Source: a virus
Reading direction: 5' to 3' (one strand)
Length of the DNA stretch: 64,000 nt
Virus record (IMG/VR): IMGVR_UViG_3300036716_000695
Span: 26,103 to 90,102 of that record
The notes below the pieces were generated by a model. That model was not told the origin of the DNA. It saw only the letters and a list, made by a program, of their open reading frames with translations, and did not search any database. The translations under genes and the position numbers were made by a program. This document shows, in pieces, positions 1-9,185 of this stretch; the stretch's first letter is position 1; each line of letters opens with the position of its first letter.

Positions 1-2817
1 AATAAGATTTATGACTTTATGCTTGAGTATGATAAAGATGGTAAATTCACTGGCTTCTATACTAAATCAATTGGTCAAAAGTATTATGAAAAATCTCAAG
101 AGCTTTATTCTGAACTAAGTGATGCTAATGGTACGCCTTATGAGTATCACAAAATATACAACATTGAAGATGCTACAGAAAAGCAACTACAAGAAAATAT
201 TGACTTAGCAAATAAAAAGAGAGCTTATAGTGATTTTTATAAAGCAGAGGATACATCAGTAGATATAGATGCAAACGGTAATCTTCCGGGTGGTAAGTAT
301 CACAGATTTACTCAAGAATTTATAGAAGTAAGAAGAAAGAATGAGACTTATGTTTATAATGAGAAAACAGGCTATGGAGAATGGATGAGAAAAGCTGGAG
401 TAAGTAATGCTCAATGGTCAGAGTATCAAGCAAAGTATTACAAGTTCAATCCTTATACAAAAGCATTAAGAAAGAATGGTGTACCTATTGGTACTATACT
501 TGAAGATCAAGTTTTTCCTGCACCTAAAGAACAATATGTTGAAGCAAGAGAGATTACATCAGAGGGTGAGGATATGCGTAGTGAAAAATATAAAGCTTTG
601 TATGATCCAACAAAAACTGATGCATTAACAATGGCTCAGAGAGAGTTCTATGAACTTTATGTAAGATTTTATGAAGAAGAGTTATTAAAAAAATTACCTC
701 AGAATACTAAAGATAGAATGGCAGGTAGAGTACCTGTGGTTAAAAATGAATTAATTAGTAAACTAAAAGGAGAGGGTCCATTGTTTAGTAAGCTTTATGC
801 TAATACTATTAGAGGGTTTAAAAACTTTACTGAGCAAACAGCTACAGAAAAAAATGTTTTACTTGATGAGCAAGGTAATTTTGTAAATGGCTTACCAATC
901 ATGTATACTGGTAGTACTAAGATAGATGGTCAACTAGAAGAAGTTGAATCTCAGATACGTGCTTTAAAAGATGAATACAAGAAAGGTAAAATATCAAGAA
1001 CCAACTATAATACAAAAGTAGCTAAGCTAAATGCAAACGCAGCTAGCCTAAGAAATCAACCTTCTCTAGGTGAAGTAAGCACTGACTTGGCAAGTAGTTT
1101 AATTAAGTTTAGTGCAATGGCTGAGCATTATGAAGTAATGGGTGAGATAGAAGACACTCTTACTGCTTTTGTAAAGGTTATAGAAAACAGAGAGTATGAT
1201 CCTTCTCCAGATACATCAACCAAATTCTTTGGGCGTGCTGTTGATGGAGTTATGAAAGGTGTTGGATACACTAAAGAAACTAAAGGTGCATCCAATGTAG
1301 CAAAGAGAGCAAGAAAATACATGTCTATGATTTTCTATGATAATGAGCTTGTAACAAAAGGGATGGCTAATAAAATAGCTGATAACTTAGTTGCTGCATC
1401 TTCTCTTACATATGTAGCATTTAACCCACTAGGTAACTTCAATAACTACGTTATGGGTAGGTTAAATAATAATATAGAGATGCTTGGTGGTAGATACTTT
1501 AGTAAGAAGAACTTTTTACGTGCTGGGAAAGAATATAATCTGCAGGCATTGCAATCAGGTATATTTAAAAGACTTGGTACTGCAACACTAGATCTTGCAG
1601 ATATTGCAACTCTAGGTAAAGCAGGGTTAAAAGTCTCTAACTATGATCCAGATAAAGCCAATAACAAATATGAAGGTTTTGTAGAAGAGTTTAGAATGAT
1701 GGATCCTTCTACTGATATACGTGAATCTGGTAGAGATAATGATGGTAAAACTGTTTGGGAAAGATTTAAAGCCTGGGGTTATGTTTTACAGGATGCTGCA
1801 GAATATAATGTACAAACAAGAGTTGGTATATCAATGCTTATGGACACCATAATAGAAAACTCTAAGACTGGTGAATCATTATCTTTTTATGATGCTCACA
1901 GCTTTAATCAAGAAACACATAAACTTGAGTTAAAAGAAGGCTATGATACAATAGTAACTAAAGATGGTAACAAAATTAAATACACTGATGAGTTTAGATA
2001 TGACATTAGAAATAAGATACGTGAAGTAAACAAACAAATTCATGGTAACTATGCCAAGGAGGACAAAATGGTTCTTCAAAGTTACACTTTAGGTAACCTA
2101 GCAGCACAGTTCAAGAAATGGGTTGCTCCTGCAATAAGGTCAAGATTTCAAAGAGAATACTTTGATGAGAACTTAGGCCATATGGAAGGAAGATATAGAT
2201 CATTCTGGAAATTTTTAGCTTACACAAAGCAACAAATCTTTTTAGGTAATAGAGATTTTAGAAAATACTCTGATGGTTTCTTAGAAGAATATGGTTTTAC
2301 TGGTAAAGGTGGTAATAGAGATCAGTTTGCTGTAAATAAACTTAAAGGTTTTTATAGAACCATGGGTGAAGCAGGTATCATATTAACTGTTATGGCAATG
2401 AACTTATTATTTGATGGTTTATTAAGTGGAGATGATGATGATAGTGATGCAATGATAAAACTAAAACATGCTTTAAAGAAGCAAGGTAGTAGAACCTATC
2501 AAGAACTTGTTGCTTTTGTACCAGTATCACCTGCTGGTTGGGAACAATTGTTTGGTATGATAGAGAGTCCAATAGCAACCACAAAGGTTTTAGGTGAAAT
2601 GACTGAAGCATTCACACAAACTATATTTACTCCAGCTGCAATGTTATATTATAGTGATAAAGAGTTTTATTCAAACTCAGACTATGTATATCAAAATAGA
2701 CCTAGAAGAGGTCAGCTTAAGTTAGCTAAAGAGTGGAAAGATGTTATTCCAATTTTATATACAATACAAAAATGGGACAACTTAATTAAAGAGCAAGAGT
2801 ACAGTATTAAGTACTAA
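1..2817 (+). CDS. C-terminal part of a giant virion-associated protein (crAss-like ejected cargo / virion RNA polymerase block), 5'-truncated
   Basis: The frame is open from base 1 (AAT AAG ATT TAT GAC TTT ATG), so the protein exceeds 938 aa. It looks helical and ends at a strong terminator. This matches the position of the giant ejected proteins in crAss-like phages; no catalytic motif is visible in this part. Confidence 0.55.
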   Translation, partial: NKIYDFMLEYDKDGKFTGFYTKSIGQKYYEKSQELYSELSDANGTPYEYHKIYNIEDATEKQLQENIDLANKKRAYSDFYKAEDTSVDIDANGNLPGGKYHRFTQEFIEVRRKNETYVYNEKTGYGEWMRKAGVSNAQWSEYQAKYYKFNPYTKALRKNGVPIGTILEDQVFPAPKEQYVEAREITSEGEDMRSEKYKALYDPTKTDALTMAQREFYELYVRFYEEELLKKLPQNTKDRMAGRVPVVKNELISKLKGEGPLFSKLYANTIRGFKNFTEQTATEKNVLLDEQGNFVNGLPIMYTGSTKIDGQLEEVESQIRALKDEYKKGKISRTNYNTKVAKLNANAASLRNQPSLGEVSTDLASSLIKFSAMAEHYEVMGEIEDTLTAFVKVIENREYDPSPDTSTKFFGRAVDGVMKGVGYTKETKGASNVAKRARKYMSMIFYDNELVTKGMANKIADNLVAASSLTYVAFNPLGNFNNYVMGRLNNNIEMLGGRYFSKKNFLRAGKEYNLQALQSGIFKRLGTATLDLADIATLGKAGLKVSNYDPDKANNKYEGFVEEFRMMDPSTDIRESGRDNDGKTVWERFKAWGYVLQDAAEYNVQTRVGISMLMDTIIENSKTGESLSFYDAHSFNQETHKLELKEGYDTIVTKDGNKIKYTDEFRYDIRNKIREVNKQIHGNYAKEDKMVLQSYTLGNLAAQFKKWVAPAIRSRFQREYFDENLGHMEGRYRSFWKFLAYTKQQIFLGNRDFRKYSDGFLEEYGFTGKGGNRDQFAVNKLKGFYRTMGEAGIILTVMAMNLLFDGLLSGDDDDSDAMIKLKHALKKQGSRTYQELVAFVPVSPAGWEQLFGMIESPIATTKVLGEMTEAFTQTIFTPAAMLYYSDKEFYSNSDYVYQNRPRRGQLKLAKEWKDVIPILYTIQKWDNLIKEQEYSIKY

Positions 2818-2820
2818 AAT

Positions 2821-2853
2821 AAAACCCCGGTGTAATTGCCGGGGTTTCTTTTT
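2821..2853. terminator. Intrinsic terminator, probably bidirectional, between convergent genes
   Basis: AAAACCCCGG-TGTAATTG-CCGGGGTTTCTTTTT hairpin with A-rich and T-rich flanks. Confidence 0.85.
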
Positions 2854-3040
2854 ATTCTGCATGATATAGTGAGTCTATAAAGATACGTCTTTCACGTTCA
2901 TCCCTTATAGAATCTTGTTTGGTATAGATGATTGTGTCTTGACCATCTACGTACCAGTCTATCACGTTAGGGTCTTTATCCGGTTTATACTCCGATTTGC
3001 AACCTAGGCAAACCAAGAGTAATAACACACTAACCTTCAC
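2852..3040 (-). CDS. Small predicted lipoprotein
   Basis: MKVSVLLLLVCLG-C: short signal peptide with a lipobox-like LGC. Overlaps the nrdA stop. Confidence 0.55.
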   Translation of the reverse strand: MKVSVLLLLVCLGCKSEYKPDKDPNVIDWYVDGQDTIIYTKQDSIRDERERRIFIDSLYHAE

Positions 3041-4655
3041 AACTAGAACACTCTAATATATTACGAGCAAAGTCTTGAGCACTACTCTTACTAAACTGAT
3101 AGTACAAAGTCTTTACACCTTCTTCCCAAGCATACATGTAAAGCTTATTAATATCTTTAGCTGATACTGACGGGTCAATCATTAAGTTTAATGACTGTGA
3201 CTGGTCAATGTACTTTTGTCTTTGTGCTGCTTGAAGTACGAGCTCTTTTGGAGATATCTCAACAAAAGACTTGAACACTGCTTTAGTAGGGAAATCTAAG
3301 TGTTGCACACTACCATCTTTCTTTAGGATAGACTTCCAAGTCTTGTCTGTATTTAGACCATAGGTTTCAAGTTCCTCTTCTAAGAAGGGATTCTTGTAAA
3401 TAGTCTTAGACTTAGCAAGATCCTTAATAAAGTAGTTAGACTTAATAGGCTCTATACCCATAGACACGGCACCGTGGATAAATGAACTAGACTTAGTAGG
3501 AGCAATAGCCATAAGAGTGGTGTTAGCATATCCTTCTCTAAGAGAAGTGTATCCATACTCATTATGCAATTCTCTAGAAGCAATCTCACTTCTATCTTTA
3601 AGTGTTCTAAAAATTTCACTGTTCAATCCTTTAGCTTGCAATGAGTCAAACTCAAGAAGCTTTGATTGAAACAAAGAGTGATATCCTAACACACCAAGAC
3701 CAATTGCTCTATGCTTCTCAGCAAAGTTAAACGCTCTCTTCATGCCCGGCATAGTCTCAGACTTAATAATGAATTCATCCATTACTGCATTTAAGAAATA
3801 CACATATGTTTCAATTGCATCAGTTTCTTTTATCTGGTCCCAATGTAATAGGTTAATAGAACCTAAGCAACATACAAAAGAATTATAACTATCAGTAGGA
3901 AGCTGGATCTCTGAACATAAATTAGATGCTGTGATATCCATTCCAAGTTCTTTATAAGGAGAATTGTTATTGGAGTTATCCTTAAACATAATATAAGGAA
4001 ATCCAAACTCACTCCTGTTCTGAATGATCTTAGCCCATACTTTACGTTTAGCTTTATCTCCTTCCTTCATTTCATTCATCCATTGATCAGTAACTGTAAC
4101 ACCATACTGTAAATTTTGTATAGGATTACCCTCTGTACCAATATCTAAGAACTCTAAGATATCCGCATGCTCAACTGGTAGGTATACTGCACAAGCACCA
4201 CGTCTGGCCTCAGACTGCTTGCAAACGTCCACTACAGTATCATATATCTTAGCGTAGTGCACTGGACCATCAGCAAAACCACCTGTAGATATTTCAGTTC
4301 CTCTTGCTCTAATGTTGCCAATAAAAGCACTTGTACCTCCGCCATATTTACTCATCATTCCAATTTCACGGCCTGCATTTAATATGCTATCTAAGTTATC
4401 ATCAACATTAGATCCGTAGCAGCTTATAGGTAAACCTTTTTGTTTACCAAAGTTAATCCATACAGGAGTAGACAAAGAGTAAAATCCTCTTGCCATATAA
4501 TCCTCAAACTTTTCTGCAAAGCCTTTTATATTCAAATACTTTTCTGCTTTAATAGCAATGTCTTTGATTCTTTGTTCAGGGCTTTCTGATATATACCCTC
4601 TTGATAAAAATGTGCGGCTGTCTTCATTCAGCCAGTAGTATTTATTATATTCCAT
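3030..4655 (-). CDS. nrdA: Ribonucleotide reductase class Ia alpha subunit (short form, no obvious ATP cone)
   Basis: Motifs PISCY, GGG, SNLCSEI (thiyl Cys), AIGLGVLG, APTKSSS, IDQSQSLN, GVKTLYY and C-terminal CSSCEG. Confidence 0.95.
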   Translation of the reverse strand: MEYNKYYWLNEDSRTFLSRGYISESPEQRIKDIAIKAEKYLNIKGFAEKFEDYMARGFYSLSTPVWINFGKQKGLPISCYGSNVDDNLDSILNAGREIGMMSKYGGGTSAFIGNIRARGTEISTGGFADGPVHYAKIYDTVVDVCKQSEARRGACAVYLPVEHADILEFLDIGTEGNPIQNLQYGVTVTDQWMNEMKEGDKAKRKVWAKIIQNRSEFGFPYIMFKDNSNNNSPYKELGMDITASNLCSEIQLPTDSYNSFVCCLGSINLLHWDQIKETDAIETYVYFLNAVMDEFIIKSETMPGMKRAFNFAEKHRAIGLGVLGYHSLFQSKLLEFDSLQAKGLNSEIFRTLKDRSEIASRELHNEYGYTSLREGYANTTLMAIAPTKSSSFIHGAVSMGIEPIKSNYFIKDLAKSKTIYKNPFLEEELETYGLNTDKTWKSILKKDGSVQHLDFPTKAVFKSFVEISPKELVLQAAQRQKYIDQSQSLNLMIDPSVSAKDINKLYMYAWEEGVKTLYYQFSKSSAQDFARNILECSSCEG

Positions 4656-4661
4656 ATTGTT

Positions 4662-4853
4662 TTAGTTTTTATTTCCGTTTTGTTTCCAATCAATCCAAAA
4701 GCCTATAGCCACCATTAAGTGTAAAAAAATAGACAGTGCATATTCATAAAAGTTATGCCAAGTAGCAAAATGCAAATGTACATGACCAATTATCCAAAAA
4801 GGTATAGCCATTTGCTGACTATACCATATAAGAAAAAATTTTATAAACTTCAT
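4662..4853 (-). CDS. Small two-TM membrane protein between nrdB and nrdA
   Basis: 63 aa with two hydrophobic segments, His-rich (GHVHLH, LH), tightly packed between the RNR genes. Confidence 0.6.
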   Translation of the reverse strand: MKFIKFFLIWYSQQMAIPFWIIGHVHLHFATWHNFYEYALSIFLHLMVAIGFWIDWKQNGNKN

Positions 4854-4872
4854 CTCTCTTTGGTGTTAAAGG

Positions 4873-5853
4873 TTAAAAAAGATCATCTTCTGTAATAGAC
4901 TTACTTTTTTTATTATAATCAACACTCTTCTTATAAAAGAAATCTCCTTCTTTAGTGCCAGTAATTTCTATATCAAACCATTCTACTGCTTTCAATATTT
5001 CCTGATTTACCTCAAAGATGGGCTTCATACCTATCTTATCTAAAGAGTTGTTGAATCTGTTTCTTATAAAATGTTGTATTGTTTCTTTAGGTAGAAAACT
5101 AAGTTCTCCTTTCTCAAAGATCCAATCAAGTATACCACACTCTGCACTATAAGCTTTCATGCATGCAGAGTAGATCAAATCTTCAAATTCTTTATCAAAC
5201 CATTCTGGATTTTCTCTTTTGATTATATTAATAATCTCAGCACCAAAATTACCATGTATCTCCTCTTCTTTACTGGTGGCCTCAACAACATTAGATATAC
5301 CTTTAAGTACATTCTTTTCTTTGTTAAAGCTCATCATAATTAAGAACTGACTAAATAGACTTACGTGCTCTATAAATAAAGAGAATAATAATACAGACTT
5401 AGTATACATTTTATTGTCTCTAGAACGTGTACCATCTAGGTACTTTTTTAAGTACTTAAGTCTACCTTCTATTGCAGGCACTTCAACCACTGATTGAAAC
5501 TCTTTTTCTAAACCTAAGATTCTCAACAGTCTAGCATAAGCATCTTTGTGCCTAACTTCTGATTCAGCAAATGTAAATCCTACATCACCAATCTCAGTAA
5601 TAGGCATTCTTTTATATAGATCACCCCAAAAAGTTTTTACATTAACTTCTATCTGGGCAATTGCTAACATAGTTTTTTTAATAACATCCCTTTCTGCTGA
5701 TGTGATAGTTACTTTAAAATCTTGTATGTCTTCTGTAAAATTAAACTCAGTATCAATCCAATATGAATGTCTAATAGCATCTTTGTATGCTAGCAATTGA
5801 GGATACTCATAAGGTAATATGTTTTGTCTTGGTAAGAAAATGTTTTTATTCAT
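4873..5853 (-). CDS. nrdB: Ribonucleotide reductase class Ia beta subunit
   Basis: Ferritin-like iron ligands ESEVRHKDAY (radical Tyr), FIEHVSLFSQF, KEEEIHG, and C-terminal DFF..Y. Confidence 0.95.
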   Translation of the reverse strand: MNKNIFLPRQNILPYEYPQLLAYKDAIRHSYWIDTEFNFTEDIQDFKVTITSAERDVIKKTMLAIAQIEVNVKTFWGDLYKRMPITEIGDVGFTFAESEVRHKDAYARLLRILGLEKEFQSVVEVPAIEGRLKYLKKYLDGTRSRDNKMYTKSVLLFSLFIEHVSLFSQFLIMMSFNKEKNVLKGISNVVEATSKEEEIHGNFGAEIINIIKRENPEWFDKEFEDLIYSACMKAYSAECGILDWIFEKGELSFLPKETIQHFIRNRFNNSLDKIGMKPIFEVNQEILKAVEWFDIEITGTKEGDFFYKKSVDYNKKSKSITEDDLF

Positions 5854-5873
5854 ATGATTATTTTTTAATGTGG

Positions 5874-5907
5874 AAAAAAAAACTGCATCCCTTTTGAGAG
5901 ATACAGC
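5874..5907 (-). terminator. Intrinsic terminator immediately upstream of nrdB
   Basis: The minus strand reads GCUGUAUCUCU-CAAA-AGGGAUGCAGU followed by a U-run. Confidence 0.7.
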
Positions 5908-5945
5908 TCTTGTTCAATTTAAGAAATATAACTGTAAATATAAAA

Positions 5946-6134
5946 TTATTGAGTCATATTAGCAAAAGAAATTGTGAAAAATATAAGACCAAACTCTACT
6001 CCAAGTACTGGACGATAGATGTCATCTTCACATAAGACTTCACAGTTTACTATTTTAATGCCTAATAGTGTTTCTGTAGGAAGAAACTCTATAGCTAGTT
6101 TATTTTTAAAAATTAAAGGATTTACTTTTTTCAT
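5946..6134 (-). CDS. Hypothetical protein
   Basis: 62-aa ATG ORF downstream of a TATCTTTG promoter-like element. Confidence 0.6.
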   Translation of the reverse strand: MKKVNPLIFKNKLAIEFLPTETLLGIKIVNCEVLCEDDIYRPVLGVEFGLIFFTISFANMTQ

Positions 6135-6144
6135 AAAATTAGAA

Positions 6145-6180
6145 TTTGTATATTAAGTATATACCATTATTGCAAAGATA
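6145..6180. promoter_or_regulatory. Face-to-face promoter pair: + strand TTTGTATATTAAG (6145-6157) and - strand TATCTTTGCA (6171-6180)
   Basis: The - strand element matches the Bacteroidetes -7 consensus TAnnTTTG. The + strand element is the recurrent GTATATT motif. Confidence 0.6.
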
Positions 6181-6191
6181 TATATTTTATT

Positions 6192-6575
6192 ATGAGCCAT
6201 TGGAAAAAAATTAAGAATTTATTTTGGTACTCTGACAGTGAGCCAACTGAATTGCTTATATCTTTCTGCTATATATTGGCTCTTCCAGCATGTATGATAC
6301 AAGAATTCAGCAACCCTAATATTATTTTTATAATAGGGGGTGTTCTCATAGGTTTATTTCAGTTGTGGTCAGTTTTATATAATGTAGTAACAAAAAATTG
6401 TTTAAGTTATAGACTTCTTGCCACAAAGCTCTCATCAATATTAGCCGTTATAGTTGTAGTTAATCTATATATAGAAGGTGTAATGAGAGGAACCAATATT
6501 GAGTGGATAATCATTATGCTTTTTGCTTTTTGGAATACAATAAGATTGTTTAAAGAAAAAATAGAAAGAGAATAA
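6192..6575 (+). CDS. Four-TM membrane protein (holin/antiholin candidate)
   Basis: Four hydrophobic segments; TAATG-coupled to the next gene. Confidence 0.6.
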   Translation: MSHWKKIKNLFWYSDSEPTELLISFCYILALPACMIQEFSNPNIIFIIGGVLIGLFQLWSVLYNVVTKNCLSYRLLATKLSSILAVIVVVNLYIEGVMRGTNIEWIIIMLFAFWNTIRLFKEKIERE

Positions 6576-6886
6576 TGGATCCTGTAGTACAAATAGTTAT
6601 AACAATAATAGGGGTCTTAGGCTCTGGTGCAATCTGGAAATATCTTGAAGCAAGGTTAAGAGTGAATTCAGATGAAAAAAAATTAGAATTACAAAACAAT
6701 GATGGCGTGCAATATAGAGACGATTTAAAAAACAGAGTTAGAAACCTTGAGGCAATGCTAGCTAACTCAAGCAATGAGAAAGACACGCTTAGACAGCAAG
6801 TACTAGACTTAGTAGCTGAAGTTAATACATTAAGAGTTAAAGTTGAGTTTCTTGAAAAAGAGAACCAACGTTTAAAGAATAAGTAA
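6575..6886 (+). CDS. Single-TM coiled-coil protein (holin or spanin-like)
   Basis: N-terminal TM (IVITIIGVLGSGAIW) followed by a heptad-rich coiled coil. Confidence 0.55.
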   Translation: MDPVVQIVITIIGVLGSGAIWKYLEARLRVNSDEKKLELQNNDGVQYRDDLKNRVRNLEAMLANSSNEKDTLRQQVLDLVAEVNTLRVKVEFLEKENQRLKNK

Positions 6887-6896
6887 ACTTTAAATA

Positions 6897-6930
6897 TTTG
6901 GAAAAGTTTCTTAAATTTTGTATATTATAG
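6897..6930 (+). promoter_or_regulatory. Bacteroidetes-type promoter (TTTG-N20-TATATTAT)
   Basis: -33 TTTG at 6897-6900 and a -7-like TATATTAT at 6921-6928, 20 nt apart. Confidence 0.6.
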
Positions 6931-6954
6931 TATATAGTAACTTAAATATTTAAC

Positions 6955-7116
6955 ATGATAAAAAGATTTTTTTATTTAGTATGGACAAGCAGTCTCCAAG
7001 ATATATGGAGATACTTGTGGTCTTTAACATCAATAGATGAGAAGACTGTTGCAGTTGTTAAAGAAACAAAGAAAAGAACCAAGGCTGTTAAAAAGGCTAT
7101 TAAAGGAAAAAAATAA
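6955..7116 (+). CDS. 53-aa basic protein (absent from the ORF track)
   Basis: MIKRFFYLVWTSSLQDIWRYLWSLTSIDEKTVAVVKETKKRTKAVKKAIKGKK. It follows the promoter and ends one base before the next ATG. Confidence 0.65.
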   Translation: MIKRFFYLVWTSSLQDIWRYLWSLTSIDEKTVAVVKETKKRTKAVKKAIKGKK

Positions 7117-7117
7117 C

Positions 7118-7264
7118 ATGGGTGATTGGACATTAGAAATAGCATTCCATTGGCCTCATAACAGATTAGCTCTGGGATGGGAAACTATAATGCCTGATGA
7201 AGAGTACAATTATAGTACTATAAAAGTCTATTTATTATTTGTAACACTCACTTTAGATTTTTAA
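7118..7264 (+). CDS. Small hypothetical protein (MGDWTLEIAFHWPH...)
   Basis: ATG 7118 follows the previous stop directly, so it is preferred over the track start at 7037. Confidence 0.6.
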   Translation: MGDWTLEIAFHWPHNRLALGWETIMPDEEYNYSTIKVYLLFVTLTLDF

Positions 7265-7267
7265 ACT

Positions 7268-7495
7268 ATGAAAAAGATAAATGTAAAAACACAAAAGGGA
7301 TTAGTTGCTTTAAAAAAGAAAGCTCCTGAAGTTGTTAAAGATATGGGTTATTTCAAATTAGGTGGTGGCACTCATAATACATTTAGTGGTTTACCTAAAA
7401 AACAAATTGGTGGTACATCTCCTGAGTTGATGCCAACAACAGAGAATAAAAACAATGCTGTAGATAGTATTAAGAAAAATTCTTTTGTAAGATAA
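7268..7495 (+). CDS. Small basic hypothetical protein
   Basis: 75-aa ORF, TAATG-coupled to the next gene. Confidence 0.6.
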   Translation: MKKINVKTQKGLVALKKKAPEVVKDMGYFKLGGGTHNTFSGLPKKQIGGTSPELMPTTENKNNAVDSIKKNSFVR

Positions 7496-8421
7496 TGAAT
7501 ATTTTAACTGACATATTAAGTTTATTTAAACGCAAGAAATTTGTTAAAGAAGCTAAAGCTAATGATGTATTAGTTTTAGGTCTTAATGAAGAACCTGACA
7601 TGACGGGTGTTGCATCTCCAATTCCTTATAAAAGTGTAAGGTTAATAAAGGTGAAAGATTTGGTTGTAAAAGGTGAAGCATGTGAATATAATAATGTAGT
7701 CAATGGTACAGGTACTAAACCTTCTTATGTATATAGAGATACTACAGAAGATCCATGCTCAGTTAATTTACGTTCAATTGCAGCTACTGGTAATTATATT
7801 AGTGTATTAACAAATAATAATGAAATTGAAATTTCTACAACTGCTGAACCAAATAGAGCAGCAAATGTAGGTAGAGGAACTGGTGTATTTAGAGATAAAA
7901 CAGGAGCTTTATTAAACTTCAAATCTCTTGTTGGTGGTGGTGATGTTACTATAAGTGACGATGGTGATACAATACAAATTACTTCAACCGGTGGTGGTGG
8001 TGGAGTAACTAGCATTATTGCAGGTGACGGTATCTCTGTTAATAGATCAACAGGTGATGTAACTGTAACAGCTACAACTGCTCCTCCAACTTTATATGCA
8101 GCCGGGTTAACACAATTTAATAATAATGCACCAACCTTGAATGTATTTGCTAATTCAATTAATAGAATTGTAACAGCTACATATGTAGATGTTGGTGTAT
8201 ATCAATTTGAATTTAGTGTACCAGTTAATATTAATAGAACAGCAATAAAGTGTTCATTAACAGGACAATCTCATCCGTTTTTGTTTAACGTTTCTAATCA
8301 AACATCAAACGGATTTAGAATATATACATATATTGTTGATGAGACAGGCGCAACTGTTCTTAAGGATGGTATATTATTTAAGACACCATTAGAAATTATT
8401 GTTTACCCAGAAGAACCATAA
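7495..8421 (+). CDS. Putative fibre/structural protein
   Basis: Fibre-like segments (ANVGRGTGVF..K.G..LNFKSL; GGGGVTSIIAGDGISV). Shares its N-terminal motif with the 9831 and 41669 ORFs. Confidence 0.6.
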   Translation: MNILTDILSLFKRKKFVKEAKANDVLVLGLNEEPDMTGVASPIPYKSVRLIKVKDLVVKGEACEYNNVVNGTGTKPSYVYRDTTEDPCSVNLRSIAATGNYISVLTNNNEIEISTTAEPNRAANVGRGTGVFRDKTGALLNFKSLVGGGDVTISDDGDTIQITSTGGGGGVTSIIAGDGISVNRSTGDVTVTATTAPPTLYAAGLTQFNNNAPTLNVFANSINRIVTATYVDVGVYQFEFSVPVNINRTAIKCSLTGQSHPFLFNVSNQTSNGFRIYTYIVDETGATVLKDGILFKTPLEIIVYPEEP

Positions 8422-8424
8422 GCT

Positions 8425-8898
8425 ATGAGTGATAAAAAACCCAAAAAGAAGTTTAAAGATACTAAAGTAGGACAGTTCCTTACAAAGAAGGTTCCAAGTA
8501 TATTAGGTATTGCAGGAGAATTACTTCCTGATGCAGGCGTTTTAGGTATGGTTAAATCTTTAATAGAAAAAGAACCAGCTTTATCTCCAGTAGATAAAGA
8601 GACTGCTTTAAAGTTATTAGAGCAAGATATGGTTGAAATGCAAGAAGTAAGCAAGCGTTGGGTCAGTGACATGAGTTCTGATTCTTGGCTTAGTAAAAAT
8701 ACAAGACCAATGACTTTGATATTTTTAACTATATCAATGGTAATATTTATGTTGTTGGACAGTTCTGAAATTGACTTTAAGGTAGACTCAGTATGGGTAG
8801 ACTTATTAAAGTCATTATTAATAACAGTCTATGTAGCTTACTTTGGTTCAAGGGGAGCTGAGAAATTTAAAACAATTAGTAATAAAAATAAAAATTAG
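8425..8898 (+). CDS. Holin of the GTA_holin_3TM-like family
   Basis: RWVSDMSSDSWLSKNTRPMTLIFL ... AYFGSRGAEK signature with TM segments. Confidence 0.75.
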   Translation: MSDKKPKKKFKDTKVGQFLTKKVPSILGIAGELLPDAGVLGMVKSLIEKEPALSPVDKETALKLLEQDMVEMQEVSKRWVSDMSSDSWLSKNTRPMTLIFLTISMVIFMLLDSSEIDFKVDSVWVDLLKSLLITVYVAYFGSRGAEKFKTISNKNKN

Positions 8899-8903
8899 AA
8901 ATT

Positions 8904-9161
8904 ATGTCAAGAAGTAATAAAGTAGGACCCAAGTATGGTAATGGTGGTTCAACAATGCAAAGCACAGATAAATATACATATGGTGGTGGATTTACAATGG
9001 GTGCTGGAGACGGAGATATGACTCCGGGTAAAGCAGGAATGAGAGCAATGGCCAAAGGTGGTGGCTTAATGGGCTTCATGGAAGGTGGAGATGTTACACA
9101 ACCAGGTTCAATGGACTACTACAAAATGGGTGGTGGCAAAGGTAAATGCTGCGGCAAATAA
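8904..9161 (+). CDS. Gly/Met-rich low-complexity small protein
   Basis: Repeated Y/M-x-x-GG units; ends in KCCGK. Confidence 0.65.
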   Translation: MSRSNKVGPKYGNGGSTMQSTDKYTYGGGFTMGAGDGDMTPGKAGMRAMAKGGGLMGFMEGGDVTQPGSMDYYKMGGGKGKCCGK

Positions 9162-9185
9162 TAATTAACTTTTAAAAATATAACT

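Noticed and set aside
7037-7117. Track starts at 7037 (and similarly 9211, 41600, 42214, 45222, 32296, 42871)
   Set aside because: These extensions overlap better-supported small genes or promoter elements; downstream ATGs follow stops or A-rich leaders.
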